Source of the DNA: Octopus sinensis
Lineage: Eukaryota
Length of the DNA stretch: 58,162 nt
Direction: 5' to 3'
Assembly: GCF_006345805.1 (NCBI RefSeq)
Contig: NW_021833581.1
Coordinates: 1-58,162 of the forward strand
In this document: positions 41,789 through 54,543 of the stretch, piece after piece
How positions within the stretch are numbered: the first letter of the stretch is position 1
Layout: every line of letters begins with the position of its first letter
The notes under the pieces: model-generated
Seen by the model: only the letters and a program-made list of their open reading frames with translations
The model's database searches: none
Told to the model about the DNA's origin: nothing
Translations under genes and position numbers: made by a program

Positions 41789-42173
41789 GTAAATATACAC
41801 ATATTACGTTTTCTTTTCTTCTATCTCTCTCTCTTTCCCTCCCGTCTTGCTCTCGCTCTCGCTCTCTCTGTTTCGTATACACACAGTAGTGTGTGTGTGT
41901 GCGTGTATATATACACGCGTGTTTGTGTATGTATGTATAGATGTATGCATATGTGTATGTATGCGTGTATGTATGCTTTTGACATGTTATTGCATTTGTT
42001 ACAGTAAACTGATGAGGTTAAGTGCCAGATTTCATAACGTTTCTACAACTCTTATATGATTATTACGGCATTTTGATGAAACACGCGTATGTTCTCTAAA
42101 GTATTGAATACCATACCTTTGGCGATTTTTTTCCTCCGTCTTCCTTTTCTATTGGAACATTCCTCTGTCTCCT

Positions 42174-42208
42174 GTTTCTGAAGAAGAACATTGTTCGAAA
42201 CGTAAAAC
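42174..42208 (+). ncRNA. Minimal type-I HHR, sense within an SDR intron
   Basis: GTTT-CTGAAGA-A-GAAC-ATT-GTTC-GAAA-CG-T-A^-AAAC. Confidence 0.85.
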
Positions 42209-42305
42209 TACCTTTCATTCCTTCCCCGAGCGTCTGCTAATACTTTGCATGTACCACGTCCTCACGTTGTTGTTTTTTTTCTTGTGTCTGTTCTTCGTTT
42301 TTTTA

Positions 42306-42346
<41 letters not shown>

Positions 42347-42563
42347 TGTGTGTGTGTGTGTGTGTGCGTGTGTGTGTGTGCATATCAATGTTTGCGTGAA
42401 AATCATATTTAGAGAAAACCAGTTTAATATTAATCTGAGGGATTACGAAATATTTTTCCTGGACGAGTAACATTTTTTTTTACTAGGAAAAGATTGACAG
42501 TGACGTGTGATATATGACGGCGAGCAAACTAAAAACTTCGAATCATTAACGAACTTTGCTCTT

Positions 42564-42619
<56 letters not shown>

Positions 42620-42980
42620 TCACGAAGTAAATGGAAGATTGATTCGTAGCTAAATCCATCTTCCGTTTCCTTCATCAGTTATAAACTCAACAAACACTGC
42701 GAATTTCCTGACGTAGATCCAGTGAAAATTATATTGTAACTCTGGATGACATCTGGTTGCCCAATAGTAGACATATACTCAAAGACCAACTAGTCACACA
42801 CACACACACACAAATAAATTTAATCATCTACCTTACACGTGAACAAAAGATTCAAGCCCTCCTTAAAACTCCTCTCTCATGATAATCGAAGAGTGTTATG
42901 TAGTATTTAAGTCTATTTGTATAAAACGCAACACGTCCCGCTCAGACTAACCCAATGTATGAAATATATAATTCATAAAG

Positions 42981-43570
42981 GGCAGTGAGCTGGCAGAAGC
43001 GTTAGCACGCCGGGCGAAATGCTTAGCGGTATTTCGTCTACCGTTACGTTCTGGGTTCAAATTTCGCCGAGGTCGACTTTTCCTTTCATCCTTTCGGGGT
43101 CGATAAATTAAGTACTAGTTACGCACTGGGGTCGATGTAATCGACTTAATCTGTTTGTCTGTCCTTGTTCGTCCCTCTGTGTTTAGCCCCTTGTGGGTAA
43201 TAAAGAAATAGGTATTTCGTCTGCCGTTACGGTCTGAGTTCAAATTCCGCCGACGTCGACTTTGCTTTTCATCCTTTCGGTGTCGATTAAATAAGTACCA
43301 GTTACGCACTGGAGTCGATATAATCGACTTAATCCGTTTGTCTGTCGTTGTTTGTCCTCTCTGTGTTTAGCCCCTTGTGGGTAGTAAAGAAATAAGTATT
43401 TCGTCTGCCGCTACGTTCTGAGTTCAAATTCTGCCGAGGTCGACTTTGCCTTTCATCCTTTCGGGGTCGATTAAATAAGTACCAGTTACGCACTGGTGTC
43501 AATGTAATCGACTTAATCTCTTTGTCTGTCCTTGTTTGTCCCCTCTATGTTTAGCCCCTTGTGGGCAATA
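42981..43570 (+). mobile_element. SINE family A, trimeric, intronic
   Basis: Units restart at 43028, 43211 and 43395 (period 183-184 bp). Confidence 0.9.
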
Positions 43571-43850
43571 AATAAGTAAATATATAATTCATAATTTATA
43601 TTAGCATCTGTTAGCATTATTAGTAAAAATACCGCATAGAGATTAATTACAAAGTTCCTTGTCGTGTACGCGTGCGTCGTGCGCACACGTGTGTGTGTTA
43701 TATGTGTACATATGTCGAATGAACAATGGAGGCAGTAATTTTTCCTTTATCAGGAAACCATTGCTTTCGACATGTACTAACTGACCTTGAAAAGAAATAT
43801 TTTCTATTCTATCTTTGGCCTTGAATAGTCTTTCTTCCGTTCAGTCCCAC

Positions 43851-43888
<38 letters not shown>

Positions 43889-44448
43889 ACACACATACAC
43901 ACACACGAACGTAATTTTTTGTATTTGTTTTGCAAGATTCTTGAACCGAAAACATCTTTTGAAGCAGACGTTTTAGTACACTGGAAGTGGCATTTTTATC
44001 TTTGTATTGCCCTAAGTATTTATTTCGTGTGGCCAGTAAAGAATGCATTGTTGTTGTTGCTGCTACTGTTGCTGCTACTGCTGCTGCTGCTGTTGTTGTT
44101 GTTAAGGCCGTGAGCTGTCACAATCGTTAGCACACCGGGCAAAATGCTTATCAGCATTGCCTCCGACTTTACTCCTTTTGAGTATTGGAGTTGGTGTAAT
44201 AGACTTCCCACCACCCATTGAACTTGCTGGCCTTGAGCCAAATTTGAAATTGTTGTTGTTGTTGCAACAATCTTGCCTGTGATTTTATTAGGTTCTTTGA
44301 TTGGCTCTAGGAGAAAGTTCTGTATCAGGGCGTATGCTTTATTGACGGAACGACCCTCCAAAAGACGCCCAAACATGTATATATATATATAAATATGTAT
44401 GCATGAATGTCTGTATATATCAGTGATGTTATTTTCTTGTTTTTGTAG

Positions 44449-44779
44449 AACACCAATTGCGACCAATGTGAGTAGCGACACTGAGAGACGATGGGCCAGC
44501 ACTCCTACGGACATCAAAGAGGTTTACGGCGAGGAGTACTTCAAAGAATTCATGACAGTTATCAACTCCCAGATGAAGCGGGCACGTGAAAATGTGAAGG
44601 AGGTTGTCGATTTGATGGTACATGCTGTCACTTCTTCAAATCCGAAAGTTCGTTATGTACCATACTGGGTTACCAACGTGCGTTCGACAATTCTCATGTA
44701 TCTGCCCAGTGTTCTTCGGGACAAGTTATTTCGATCGTATTCTGTGCGATGTGAACCCAAGTGCATGCACAAAGACTAA
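44449..44779 (+). CDS. SDR last coding exon: TPIATNV...KEVYGEEYF...VHAVTSSNPKVRY...HKD*
   Basis: TTTTGTAG acceptor, phase 2 matching the previous donor, TAA stop at 44777-44779. YGEEY and HAVTS-x-x-PK-x-RY are typical of this SDR subgroup. The four exons total 860 nt, about 285 aa plus a split Gly. Confidence 0.93.
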
Positions 44780-44908
44780 GCATAAAACCACATAGAGACA
44801 GCACCATCATCACCATTTGTGTTTTCATTTTGTACCATTAACTCTTGTAACGTACATAACTACAATGCTGCCAATAAATACGACCAATTACATCAACAGC
44901 AAAAACGG

Positions 44909-45340
44909 TGGAGGCGCAATGGCCCAGTGGTTAGGGCAGCGAACTCGCGGTTGTAGGATCGCGGTTTCGATTCCCAACCGGGCGTTGTGTGTGTTTATTG
45001 AGCGAAAACACCTAAAGCTCCACGAGGCTCCGGCAGGGGGTGGTGGCGACCCCTGTTGTACTCTGTCGCTCCAACTTTCTCTCACTCTTTCTTCCTGTTT
45101 CTTGTCCCCGACTTCCTACGCAACCGCTGAGCCTGGATGCGCATTCATCCATCCGTCGATGCTCTCGGTGTCGAGGGTTGACCTGCTTTCTCTTCTGCGG
45201 GTCTTACGAATAGCAAAGGACCACGTTTCGGACTTCTCCCACTGGGATGAAGACCGCTTCGCTCAACAAACAAACAAACAAGCAAACAGCAAACATAACA
45301 CTAACAAGGTGATCACAGCGTTTCTTAAACCGACAGATGC
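44909..45340 (+). mobile_element. SINE family D, near full length, just downstream of the SDR stop
   Basis: tRNA-like head with A and B boxes, ending in a (CAAA)n tail. Confidence 0.8.
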
Positions 45341-45369
45341 CTCATCATGTATGACATCATCAACAACTA

Positions 45370-45932
45370 CGAAGGTGGGCTTAAAAGTTCATAGGCTGAC
45401 CACGATGCAGTGGTCGAACTTGACCAAATGGGTTTTATTTTTCGACATAGTCTCCCCCGCGGTCCATACACTTCTTCCATCAGTGTTGCAGCGCTTGGAT
45501 TCCCATAGTATGGAAGCTCTCATCCTGACCCTCAAAAAAGTCCTCAAGAACAGATTTGACCTCATCATCGGTCCGATACTGCTTCCCAGCCAAGTGCTTT
45601 TTCCATGTTGGGGAACAGAAAATAATTAGGTGGTGCCAAATCAGGAGAATATGGAGAATGATCAAAGCTACAGTCGTGCACAGCAGCCATTGCAACCACA
45701 GACTCGTGTGCGCACAGACTTGATAACACCACAGTGCCAAATTACATCCATTTTCTCGAAATGACTCTAGTACCACTTTTCCAAGTCCTCAATTCTGTAT
45801 CCAATGTGGGTTTATCTGGAAAGAAAACTATGCAGTTAGCATCAGTAAAAGTTAAATTTAATGCATACCAAGTTCAATTACTGTATGATAACTCTTTCTT
45901 AGTCAGCCTATGACCTTTTCAGCCCACCCTCG
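45370..45932 (-). mobile_element. Internally deleted mariner with both TIRs and TA target duplication
   Basis: TA|CGAAGGTGGGCTTAAAAGTTCATAGGCTGAC...GTCAGCCTATGACCTTTTCAGCCCACCCTCG|TA. Minus strand has PYSPDLAP and KHLAGKQYRTDDEVK...WKKC...GGDYVEK. Confidence 0.92.
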
Positions 45933-46813
45933 TATACTAATATTGATAAAACAACACGATCAAGGGTTTAGTTTGTCGCTCGTTATTTACTAAAGTGGAA
46001 CAAGGTAATTATAGTGAAACCCATTTGTGACCACCACAACGACAAATAACATGAACGTCATCAGAAAATTAACAAATATACTAAATGGAGAAACAGCTTC
46101 TAAATGAACGAAAATTAGCCAAAAGAAATTGGACTCAAACACCAAATAATCAACTAACAATTAAACAAATAATTAACAATACCGAAGGAACAAAACTGCT
46201 TTGAACATAAATATCAATTAAAAACAATACACTATCACCAAAACAATCATCATCATCATCTTCATCATCATCATTATCATCATCATCGTCATGAATAAAT
46301 GAGGACCATTGCATCATCAGTAACATCCGTCGCGAAAAATTATATTTTTATCATCAGTGTAATCAACATGAAGCTCATCATCATCATCATCTTCATTATG
46401 AACAGCAACAACAACAACAACAATAACACCAGCAGCAGCAGCATAGCTATCGACATAAGCAATTTCATCATCACTATCATCGTTATCGGATCAATGTGGA
46501 TGGTGCTTTGTCATAATCGTGGCATCATAAGTGCAGGAAAGAAATTTGCTTAGAGGGTGCTTAGAGTTTTTTTTCTCAAGGATGTTCAAAATGTTTTCAT
46601 TGTCCCCTACACCCGAAAGATTTTCGGGGTGTATTCTCGCAACCCCTGCGCCGCCTGTTGCTGAGCCTATGTGCAGGTTCCACAAATACGTTTCAACACA
46701 GAGCGCTTAGTTGCCCCGCAGGACACGACCGCAACATACATTCACACTAGTGTTTAGGGCCCATACATGCAAACACGTGCAGATATACTGGTGTTTGTCT
46801 GTTTGCGCTTGCT

Positions 46814-46846
<33 letters not shown>

Positions 46847-47106
46847 TTTACTTGGCTTGGTCATTGGACTGCGGCCATGATGGGGCCTCTTCTTGAATGG
46901 TTTTAGTGGAACTTATCAAACTCAGCACTTAATTTTCAAGTCTAGTACTTGTATCGTTTCTCAAGCCAAAATGCTAAATAACAGGAGCGCAAAGATATAT
47001 ACACACATATATACATATATCTCTACATAGACAGTCTTCAACTTTGTTTCCCAGTTTCTGTCTACCAGATTCCCTGACCAGACATTGGTCCGCTTATATA
47101 TATATA

Positions 47107-47410
47107 CACCGGAATAAGCACATAAATGTGAAACAAGGTAGAAAAAAGAGTACTCAAATACCAGAGGTAGAGTAACATACTTTATTTAAAAGCATCAGAA
47201 ATATAACAAAACCTGTTACTCAGAGTTTCACGTTCCCGTTCGTCGGACAGTTTTATTTTAACAAAACTGTCCAATTAATGCGAACGTGAAACTCTGAGTA
47301 ACAAGTTTTGTTATATTTCTGATGCTTTTAAATAAAGTATGTTACTCTACCTCTGGTATTTGAGTACTCTTTTTTCCACCTTGTTTCACATTTATGAGCT
47401 TACACCGGTG
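47107..47410. repeat. ~300-bp fold-back palindrome of an HHR-bearing repeat family
   Basis: Arms are reverse complements around ~47258. Same family as 55290-55450. Confidence 0.9.
47208..47254 (-). ncRNA. Type-I HHR-like motif with U4C core change
   Basis: CTGT-CCGACGA-ACG-GGAA-CGT-GAAA-CTCTGAG-T-A^-ACAG. Confidence 0.55.
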
Positions 47411-47466
47411 TAACCCGCTCCTTTCTTAGAAAAGTTCGAGCGACTCTATAAAAGTAGAAAGAAGAA

Positions 47467-47531
<65 letters not shown>

Positions 47532-48054
47532 TATGAATATATATATATATACACGCCCATAAATATATAATATGTATGTACATATATGCATAAATACATA
47601 TACTACGAATTGTTAGTTTCCTGACATTCATAAGATCAATTTTTCCTCAATATCTGCTGTTAAAAGACGCAGTAAGCTTTCAAGAACAAGTCTTATGAAA
47701 GACGAAAATCACCGGATTAATCCTCACGTGTAACTGCCGAACTAACCACACTTTTCCAACGGGTGATATTTGCACAGCGGGACTAAATACATGATGTCTG
47801 ACATATCGTATATTTTATATTTGCTCGTCACTGCGTTGTGTTTTAAGATTACACATATACACAAACGCACGCACAAACACGCATACATGATGCTTATACA
47901 TATGCACGTTTATTTATGTATATATGCATACGTGTGTGTCAGCATGTGTGTAAAGAAAAGTACACAATGTCTTACATATAATGTCTTATATACACATGTA
48001 TATACATACATGTATATATATATACGTATGTATATTTGTATATATATATATTTG

Positions 48055-48087
<33 letters not shown>

Positions 48088-48103
48088 TTGTATATATATA
48101 TAT

Positions 48104-48182
<79 letters not shown>

Positions 48183-48389
48183 TAAAAACACACACACATG
48201 CATTCATGCTGAAAGAGTGTATATGTGTGTAAGTAGTTGTATTAGTGTTTTTAATTCTAAAACGATCGTATATATGAACAACTAAATACAAATATATAAC
48301 CATAAACAAATAAGTAGATAGATATATTTCCATACAAGATTTGTAGCCAGAAGTACTCTATCTGTGTATGGAGCAAAGACGTTGAGTGT

Positions 48390-48390
48390 C

Positions 48391-48433
<43 letters not shown>

Positions 48434-48522
48434 TATATAGGTATATATATACATATATATAGGTATATATATACATATATATAGGTATATATAGATATAA
48501 GTATATATATATAGGTATATAT

Positions 48523-48560
<38 letters not shown>

Positions 48561-48747
48561 AGTATATATATATATATATATATATATAGTATATATATAT
48601 AGGTATATATATAAGTATATATATATATATATATATAATATATATAAGTATATATATAAGTATATATATATATATATATAGGTATATATATAAGTATATA
48701 TATATATATATAGTATATATATATATTAAGTATATATATATATATAG

Positions 48748-48778
<31 letters not shown>

Positions 48779-49160
48779 ATATATATATATATACATATAT
48801 ATATAGGTATATATATACATATATATAGATATATATATACATATATATATAGGTATATATATATATATATATATTAAGTATATATATATATATATATATA
48901 TATAGGTATATATATAAGTATATATATATATATATATAGGTATATATAAGTTATATATATATATATATAGGTATATATATAAGTATATATATATATATAT
49001 AGGTATATATATATATGCGTCTGAGTGTGTATATATATATAAGCATACATATATATACATATATATACGTACATATATGTGTGTGTGTGTGTTTGTATAT
49101 ATATATGTGTGTGTATATATATATATATATGTATATGTATGTATGTATGTATATATGTAC
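48390..49160. repeat. Interrupted (TA)n array with recurrent AGG/AAG spacers
   Basis: Directly visible. Confidence 0.95.
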
Positions 49161-49363
49161 ATAATAGAAAATTATTTTGTATGTTATTCTGTAAACTTTA
49201 TTATGAATTTTAAATTTATGAAAATATCACTTTTTGTTTCAAATAAATATTTTGGTGTACCTAATGTTTCGGGTTTTTATTTTACGTTTTTGTATATTTT
49301 ATTTCTTGTTTCTTTCTCTCGCACTTTTCTCTCTCTTTTATCTTTCTCTGCCTCTCTCTGTCC

Positions 49364-49435
<72 letters not shown>

Positions 49436-50750
49436 CTTCCATGATATGCACACACTTAAATGCTTAGCGACAGTTCACCCATGTTTACGATCTGAGTTCA
49501 TATTCCGTCGAGGTCGATTATGCCTCTCAAACTTTCAAGGTCCATGAAATAAGTACCAGTCGACCACTGGGGCCAACGTAATCGACCTCCCTGCTTCCCC
49601 GAAATTGCTGGATTTGTACCAAAATTTAAAACCACTATTTCCAACGCCCTCCTTCATATCCTCTCTCTTCTTTACTCACTCTTATCTGCCAATGAAAAAA
49701 AATATTTTATTCGTTGAATCCCCTACACAGTAATGTTAAACAAACTCAGATTATTATCATGATGACACTAAGATAACATTTATTTCATCGTAGTGTAGAA
49801 GATATGTTACGCAAATTGTCTATATAATACTCACGAAGCATCAGTCTTTAACTCGTCCACATTCATTCTTCCTTACTGTCACACTCTCTCTCTTTCTATC
49901 TCTTTTTACACCCTAGCCTCTCTCTCTCTCTCTCGACCCTCTAGCCTCTATTTTTTTTCTCTCACCATCTATCCACTAGCCTTTCTCTCTCTCTCCCTTC
50001 GTCTCACGTACCTAAGCTCTAACAAGTATATTAACCCATTAAATATAATTTGGCTAAATCACGAGCGCAAACAACTGTCCTAGATAGAATAAATATTTTG
50101 CTTTCTGATGATTTCTCATTCAGATCTTTTCATCTCCCTGAAATCATAAGGTAGATTAAGAGTTACCTTATCGCTTTCTATTTCGCATGGTTTACAAGTA
50201 CGTATGTCGTCTGCTTTTCCTCACCTTTTTTAAACGGCGGACATTCAGTTAGCGTTCTTTCTAGAACCTTGGTTCAACATTTCATCACACATCCAGAGAA
50301 GCCGTCCCAGCTAACCACCCCAATAATGTACATCATATTGCTATGTGTAACAACATTTGAATTCAGCTTTTAATCATTACGAACTGGGGTTACGTCTATG
50401 ATTTGGGCGGTGAAATTGCCTCGACATACGAATTGCTTATTTCAAACTACATTTTTACCTTATTCTCTTGCACGGATAGCTAACACTCTGCTAGGAATCA
50501 TACCTCCACTTAGTCTTTGGATAACTTAGAGTCACGCTTGTGTTTTAAAATTTAATCTCAATCTTCACGAATAGACTCTGTTCCTACAAGCATTTGAACC
50601 AAAATCCCGTTTCTTTCCCCTCAACATTTTTTAAATTAAATTCTATTTTGTTGATTACAGAGAAAAAAATCTAATCTACAGGTGTTGCTTAATAACTTAT
50701 CTATCAATCTACCATCTATATATATCTATCTATCTATTTATCTAACATAT

Positions 50751-50807
<57 letters not shown>

Positions 50808-50808
50808 A

Positions 50809-51194
50809 CTAGCAGTATCGCCCGGCGTTGCACAGGTTTGTAAGGTAAATAACTATAAAGCATTTTTAGAGAGTTATAGCCAAAAAATAGCAAAAAAACG
50901 GAAAAAAAATGATGGTAAATTTTTTTTTTGAGGGTTAAAAAAGGTCGAGTTACGTCCCCTAGACAGTCTGTGGTTTGTGTTTCTGATTCTCGACCCCATG
51001 TCGAATTTATCGATTTTTTTCAGAACCGGGGGAACTTTTCAAAATTTTCGCTGCGTTATTTTGAATTATGACATTGGGCTATGTGTGTGTCAAGTTTCAT
51101 CAGAATCGGTTGAAAGCCGTGGTCAGGGTGAGGGTACAAGCAAACAGACACACAGAAACACACACAGACAAACTGCCGTTTATATATAGAGAGA
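50809..51194 (-). mobile_element. Non-autonomous Helitron, 386 bp
   Basis: Minus strand begins TC and ends CTAG, inserted between A and T, with an imperfect GC-rich hairpin near the 3' end. Confidence 0.8.
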
Positions 51195-51285
51195 TGGATC
51201 AAAACAGTTTGAATCTAATTCGTTGCGCGTGATACCCTTCTTTCGTTTGTCCACTCACTCATATATATATACACGCACACACACC

Positions 51286-51455
<170 letters not shown>

Positions 51456-52132
51456 CGTTATTGAAATCTCTAGTTAAATAGATTCTGTGCTACTTTCTCA
51501 ACTACAAGGTATAGACATATCCATTCCTAGAATGTAAAAGGAGACAGAAAAACACTCCATATTGTATAATATATAAAACAAACATGATGACCGAATAATC
51601 TGTTGCTTTAACGACATTTAAGTAAACTAAATATTCATTATGTTAATTGACCCTCAAAATGGAAAATTTAGTAACATATGTTTTCATTACGTGTGTCACA
51701 ACGACTTTGTATGAAACCGACAAAATATTTTTGTCCCTTGTTTTGTAATATTTCTCAAGAGTATCATTTCATGAAAAATGGGAGACATTTTGGCAACTTG
51801 AAACTTTGTAGAGACAAACTGACAACGTAATAGCTATTCAGTCAGTCATAGATTGGTCTCGGCCTGCTGGATTTCGTCTTAGATTTTGAGTTGCGTGTTT
51901 AAATATGCCCTCATACAATACACGCCCACACATACATGTGTCTGTATGTAAATATGTGTGTGTATATATATATATATATATATTATATATATTACGGAGA
52001 TGTACTCGCATAGCAAGTAATTTGATCTGAGATCGTGTGCTGAAACGAAAACAATTGCAGCGTGGAAGGTGTTTATAAGCCATTTAAGAAACACACAAAA
52101 GCCGTTCGATTCACTTCAACATTTAAGTTTAA

Positions 52133-52182
52133 TTTGTCAAAATATTTTCGTCGCTAAAATCCGCGACCTGTTCACTGACAAA
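52133..52182 (-). ncRNA. Type-I HHR, G3-C8 core variant (left arm)
   Basis: Reverse complement of 52842-52891. Confidence 0.75.
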
Positions 52183-52841
52183 GTCTGTGCTGCATCTAAG
52201 AAAGTAACAGTTAGTTCGTCATATATATGTACGTATGTATGTGTGTATGTGTGTATGTATGCATACATGTGTGTATGTATGTATGTATGCATGTACGCAC
52301 ATACGCGTGTGTATGCATGTATGTATGTATGTATGTATGTATGTATGTATGTATGTATGTATGTATTATTGTAAGTGTGTGTATATGCACGCACATACAC
52401 TCTATAAAACATAAAGCTATAAACCTGTATCGATGGATGGATGTAGAGTGACCACTCATCACAAAGCTATCAAATTTTCAACTTCCTACGGCCGAAGCTA
52501 GAAAGGCCGTAGGAAGTTGAAATTTGATAGCTTTGTGATGAGTGGTCACTCTACATCCATCCATCGATACAGGTTTATAGCTTTATGTTTTATAGAGTGT
52601 ATGTGCGTGCATATACACACACTTACAATAATACACATACATACATACATACATACATACATACATACATACATACACATACATACTACATACATACATA
52701 CATACATGCATACACACGCGTATGTGCGTACATGCATACATACATACATACACACATGTATGCATACATACACACATACACACATACATACGTACATATA
52801 TATGACGAACTAACTGTTACTTTCTTAGATGCAGCACAGAC

Positions 52842-52891
52842 TTTGTCAGTGAACAGGTCGCGGATTTTAGCGACGAAAATATTTTGACAAA
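52842..52891 (+). ncRNA. Type-I HHR, G3-C8 core variant (right arm)
   Basis: TTTGTCA-GTGAACA-G-GTCGC-GGATTTTA-GCGAC-GAAA-ATAT-T-T^-TGACAAA: 7-bp stem I, 5-bp stem II and palindromic stem III, all in exact register. Confidence 0.75.
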
Positions 52892-52972
52892 TTAAACATA
52901 AAGGTTGAAGTGAATCGAACGGCTTTTGTGTGTTTCTTAAATGGCTTATAAACACCTTCCACGCTGCAATTG

Positions 52973-53046
<74 letters not shown>

Positions 53047-53324
53047 TTAATAAGGGTGAGAGAATTAGATACTAATTTAATAGTATATCTATTCAACACC
53101 AAGTGGCCTAGTGCTCCGAGAAACCTGGATTATTATAATATTTTATAACATATTATAATATTTTTACAAAATAAATATAAGAGAGTGGTCACTATATGGC
53201 TCACTCTAGCACCAGTTAATCCAAAAGGTTTCAACCACGAAAATACATGTTTCCCATGAAAGTCAGTACGATTGTTAGCTCACACGGACAGGGCAAATAA
53301 AAAATAACAAAAATACAGATTATT

Positions 53325-53403
53325 TTGGGACAATTGTTTCGCTATTAATGAATTAAATGTAATTTTACTTACAAAAAAAATCCATTTGTAGCTCGTCAGC
53401 CAA
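53325..53403 (-). ncRNA. Type-I HHR in the inverted copy, intact
   Basis: Reverse complement of 54999-55077. Confidence 0.85.
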
Positions 53404-53937
53404 GACTATCTGGATGAAATCCACTCAATCACACGCCAGATTTTACCATAACGATAAATACGCGTGTGGTTCAATTGATTACATCAATTAACTTTTGGAT
53501 TAACTGGATTACATCAATTAACTGGATTAATTGATTACATCAATTAACTTTTGGATTAACTGGTTCAATTGATTACATCAATTAACTTTTGGATTAACTG
53601 GTGCTAGAGTGAGCCATATAGTGACCACTCTCTTATATTTATTTTGTAAAAATATTATAATATGTTATAAAATATTATATAATCCAGGTTTCTCGGAGCC
53701 TAGGCCACTTGGTGTTGAATAGATATACTATTATTAGTATCTAATTCTCTCACCCTTATTAATTAATTATAATTATGCTGCATTTATTTCTAAATGCTGT
53801 ATTTGTTTTCCGTGAAAGTTTGGCGCGCTGTTAGTTGGGGCATTTGAAATTATACGTCGGAATGTAATCATTGAACCACACGCGTATTTATCGTATGGTA
53901 AAATCTGGCGTTGATTGAGTGGTTTCATCAGATAGTC

Positions 53938-54010
53938 TTGGCTGACGAGCTACAAATGGATTTTTTGTAAGTAAAATTACATAATTCATTAAGCGAAACA
54001 ATTGTCCCAA
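53938..54010 (+). ncRNA. Type-I HHR, monomer 1 (small indels in stem II)
   Basis: TTGG-CTGACGA-GC...GC-GAAA-CAATTG-T-C^-CCAA. Confidence 0.75.
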
Positions 54011-54464
54011 AATAATCTGTATTTTTGGATTTTTTATTTGCCCTTTCCGTTGAGCTAACAATCGTACTTTGATTTCATGGGAAACATGTATTTTCGTGGT
54101 TGAACTTTTGGATTAACTGGTGCTAGAGTGAGCCATATAGTGACCACTCTCTTATATTTATTTTGTAAAAATATTATAATATGTTATAAAATATTATAAT
54201 AATCCAGGTTTCTCGGAGCACTAGGCCACTTGGTGTTGAATAGATATACTATTAAATTAGTATCTAATTCTCTCACCCTTATTAATTAATTATAATTATG
54301 CTGCATTTATTTCTAAATGCTGTATTTGTTTTCCGTGAAAGTTTGGCGCGCTGTTAGTTGGGGCATTTGAATTATAACGTCGGATGTAATCAATTGAACC
54401 ACACGCGTATTTATCGTTATGGTAAAATCTGGCGTGTGATTGAGTGGATTTCATCCAGATAGTC

Positions 54465-54543
54465 TTGGCTGACGAGCTACAAATGGATTTTTTTTGTAAG
54501 TAAAATTACATTTAATTCATTAATAGCGAACAATTGTCCCAAA
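54465..54543 (+). ncRNA. Type-I HHR, monomer 2 (GAA in place of GAAA, possibly a sequencing error)
   Basis: Otherwise matches monomer 3. Confidence 0.65.

Larger units (their letters stand above)
52050..52974. repeat. ~925-bp palindrome with an 11-nt spacer (GAAGCTAGAAA, 52494-52504)
   Basis: 52050-52493 is the reverse complement of 52505-52974. The arms differ in the internal microsatellite and a few bases. Confidence 0.95.

Noticed and set aside
50100-50152. CTGATGA...GAAATCATA
   Set aside because: Stems I and II are weak and out of register.
53486-53600. CRISPR-like short repeats
   Set aside because: No unique spacers, eukaryotic context, and explained as junction shuffling.
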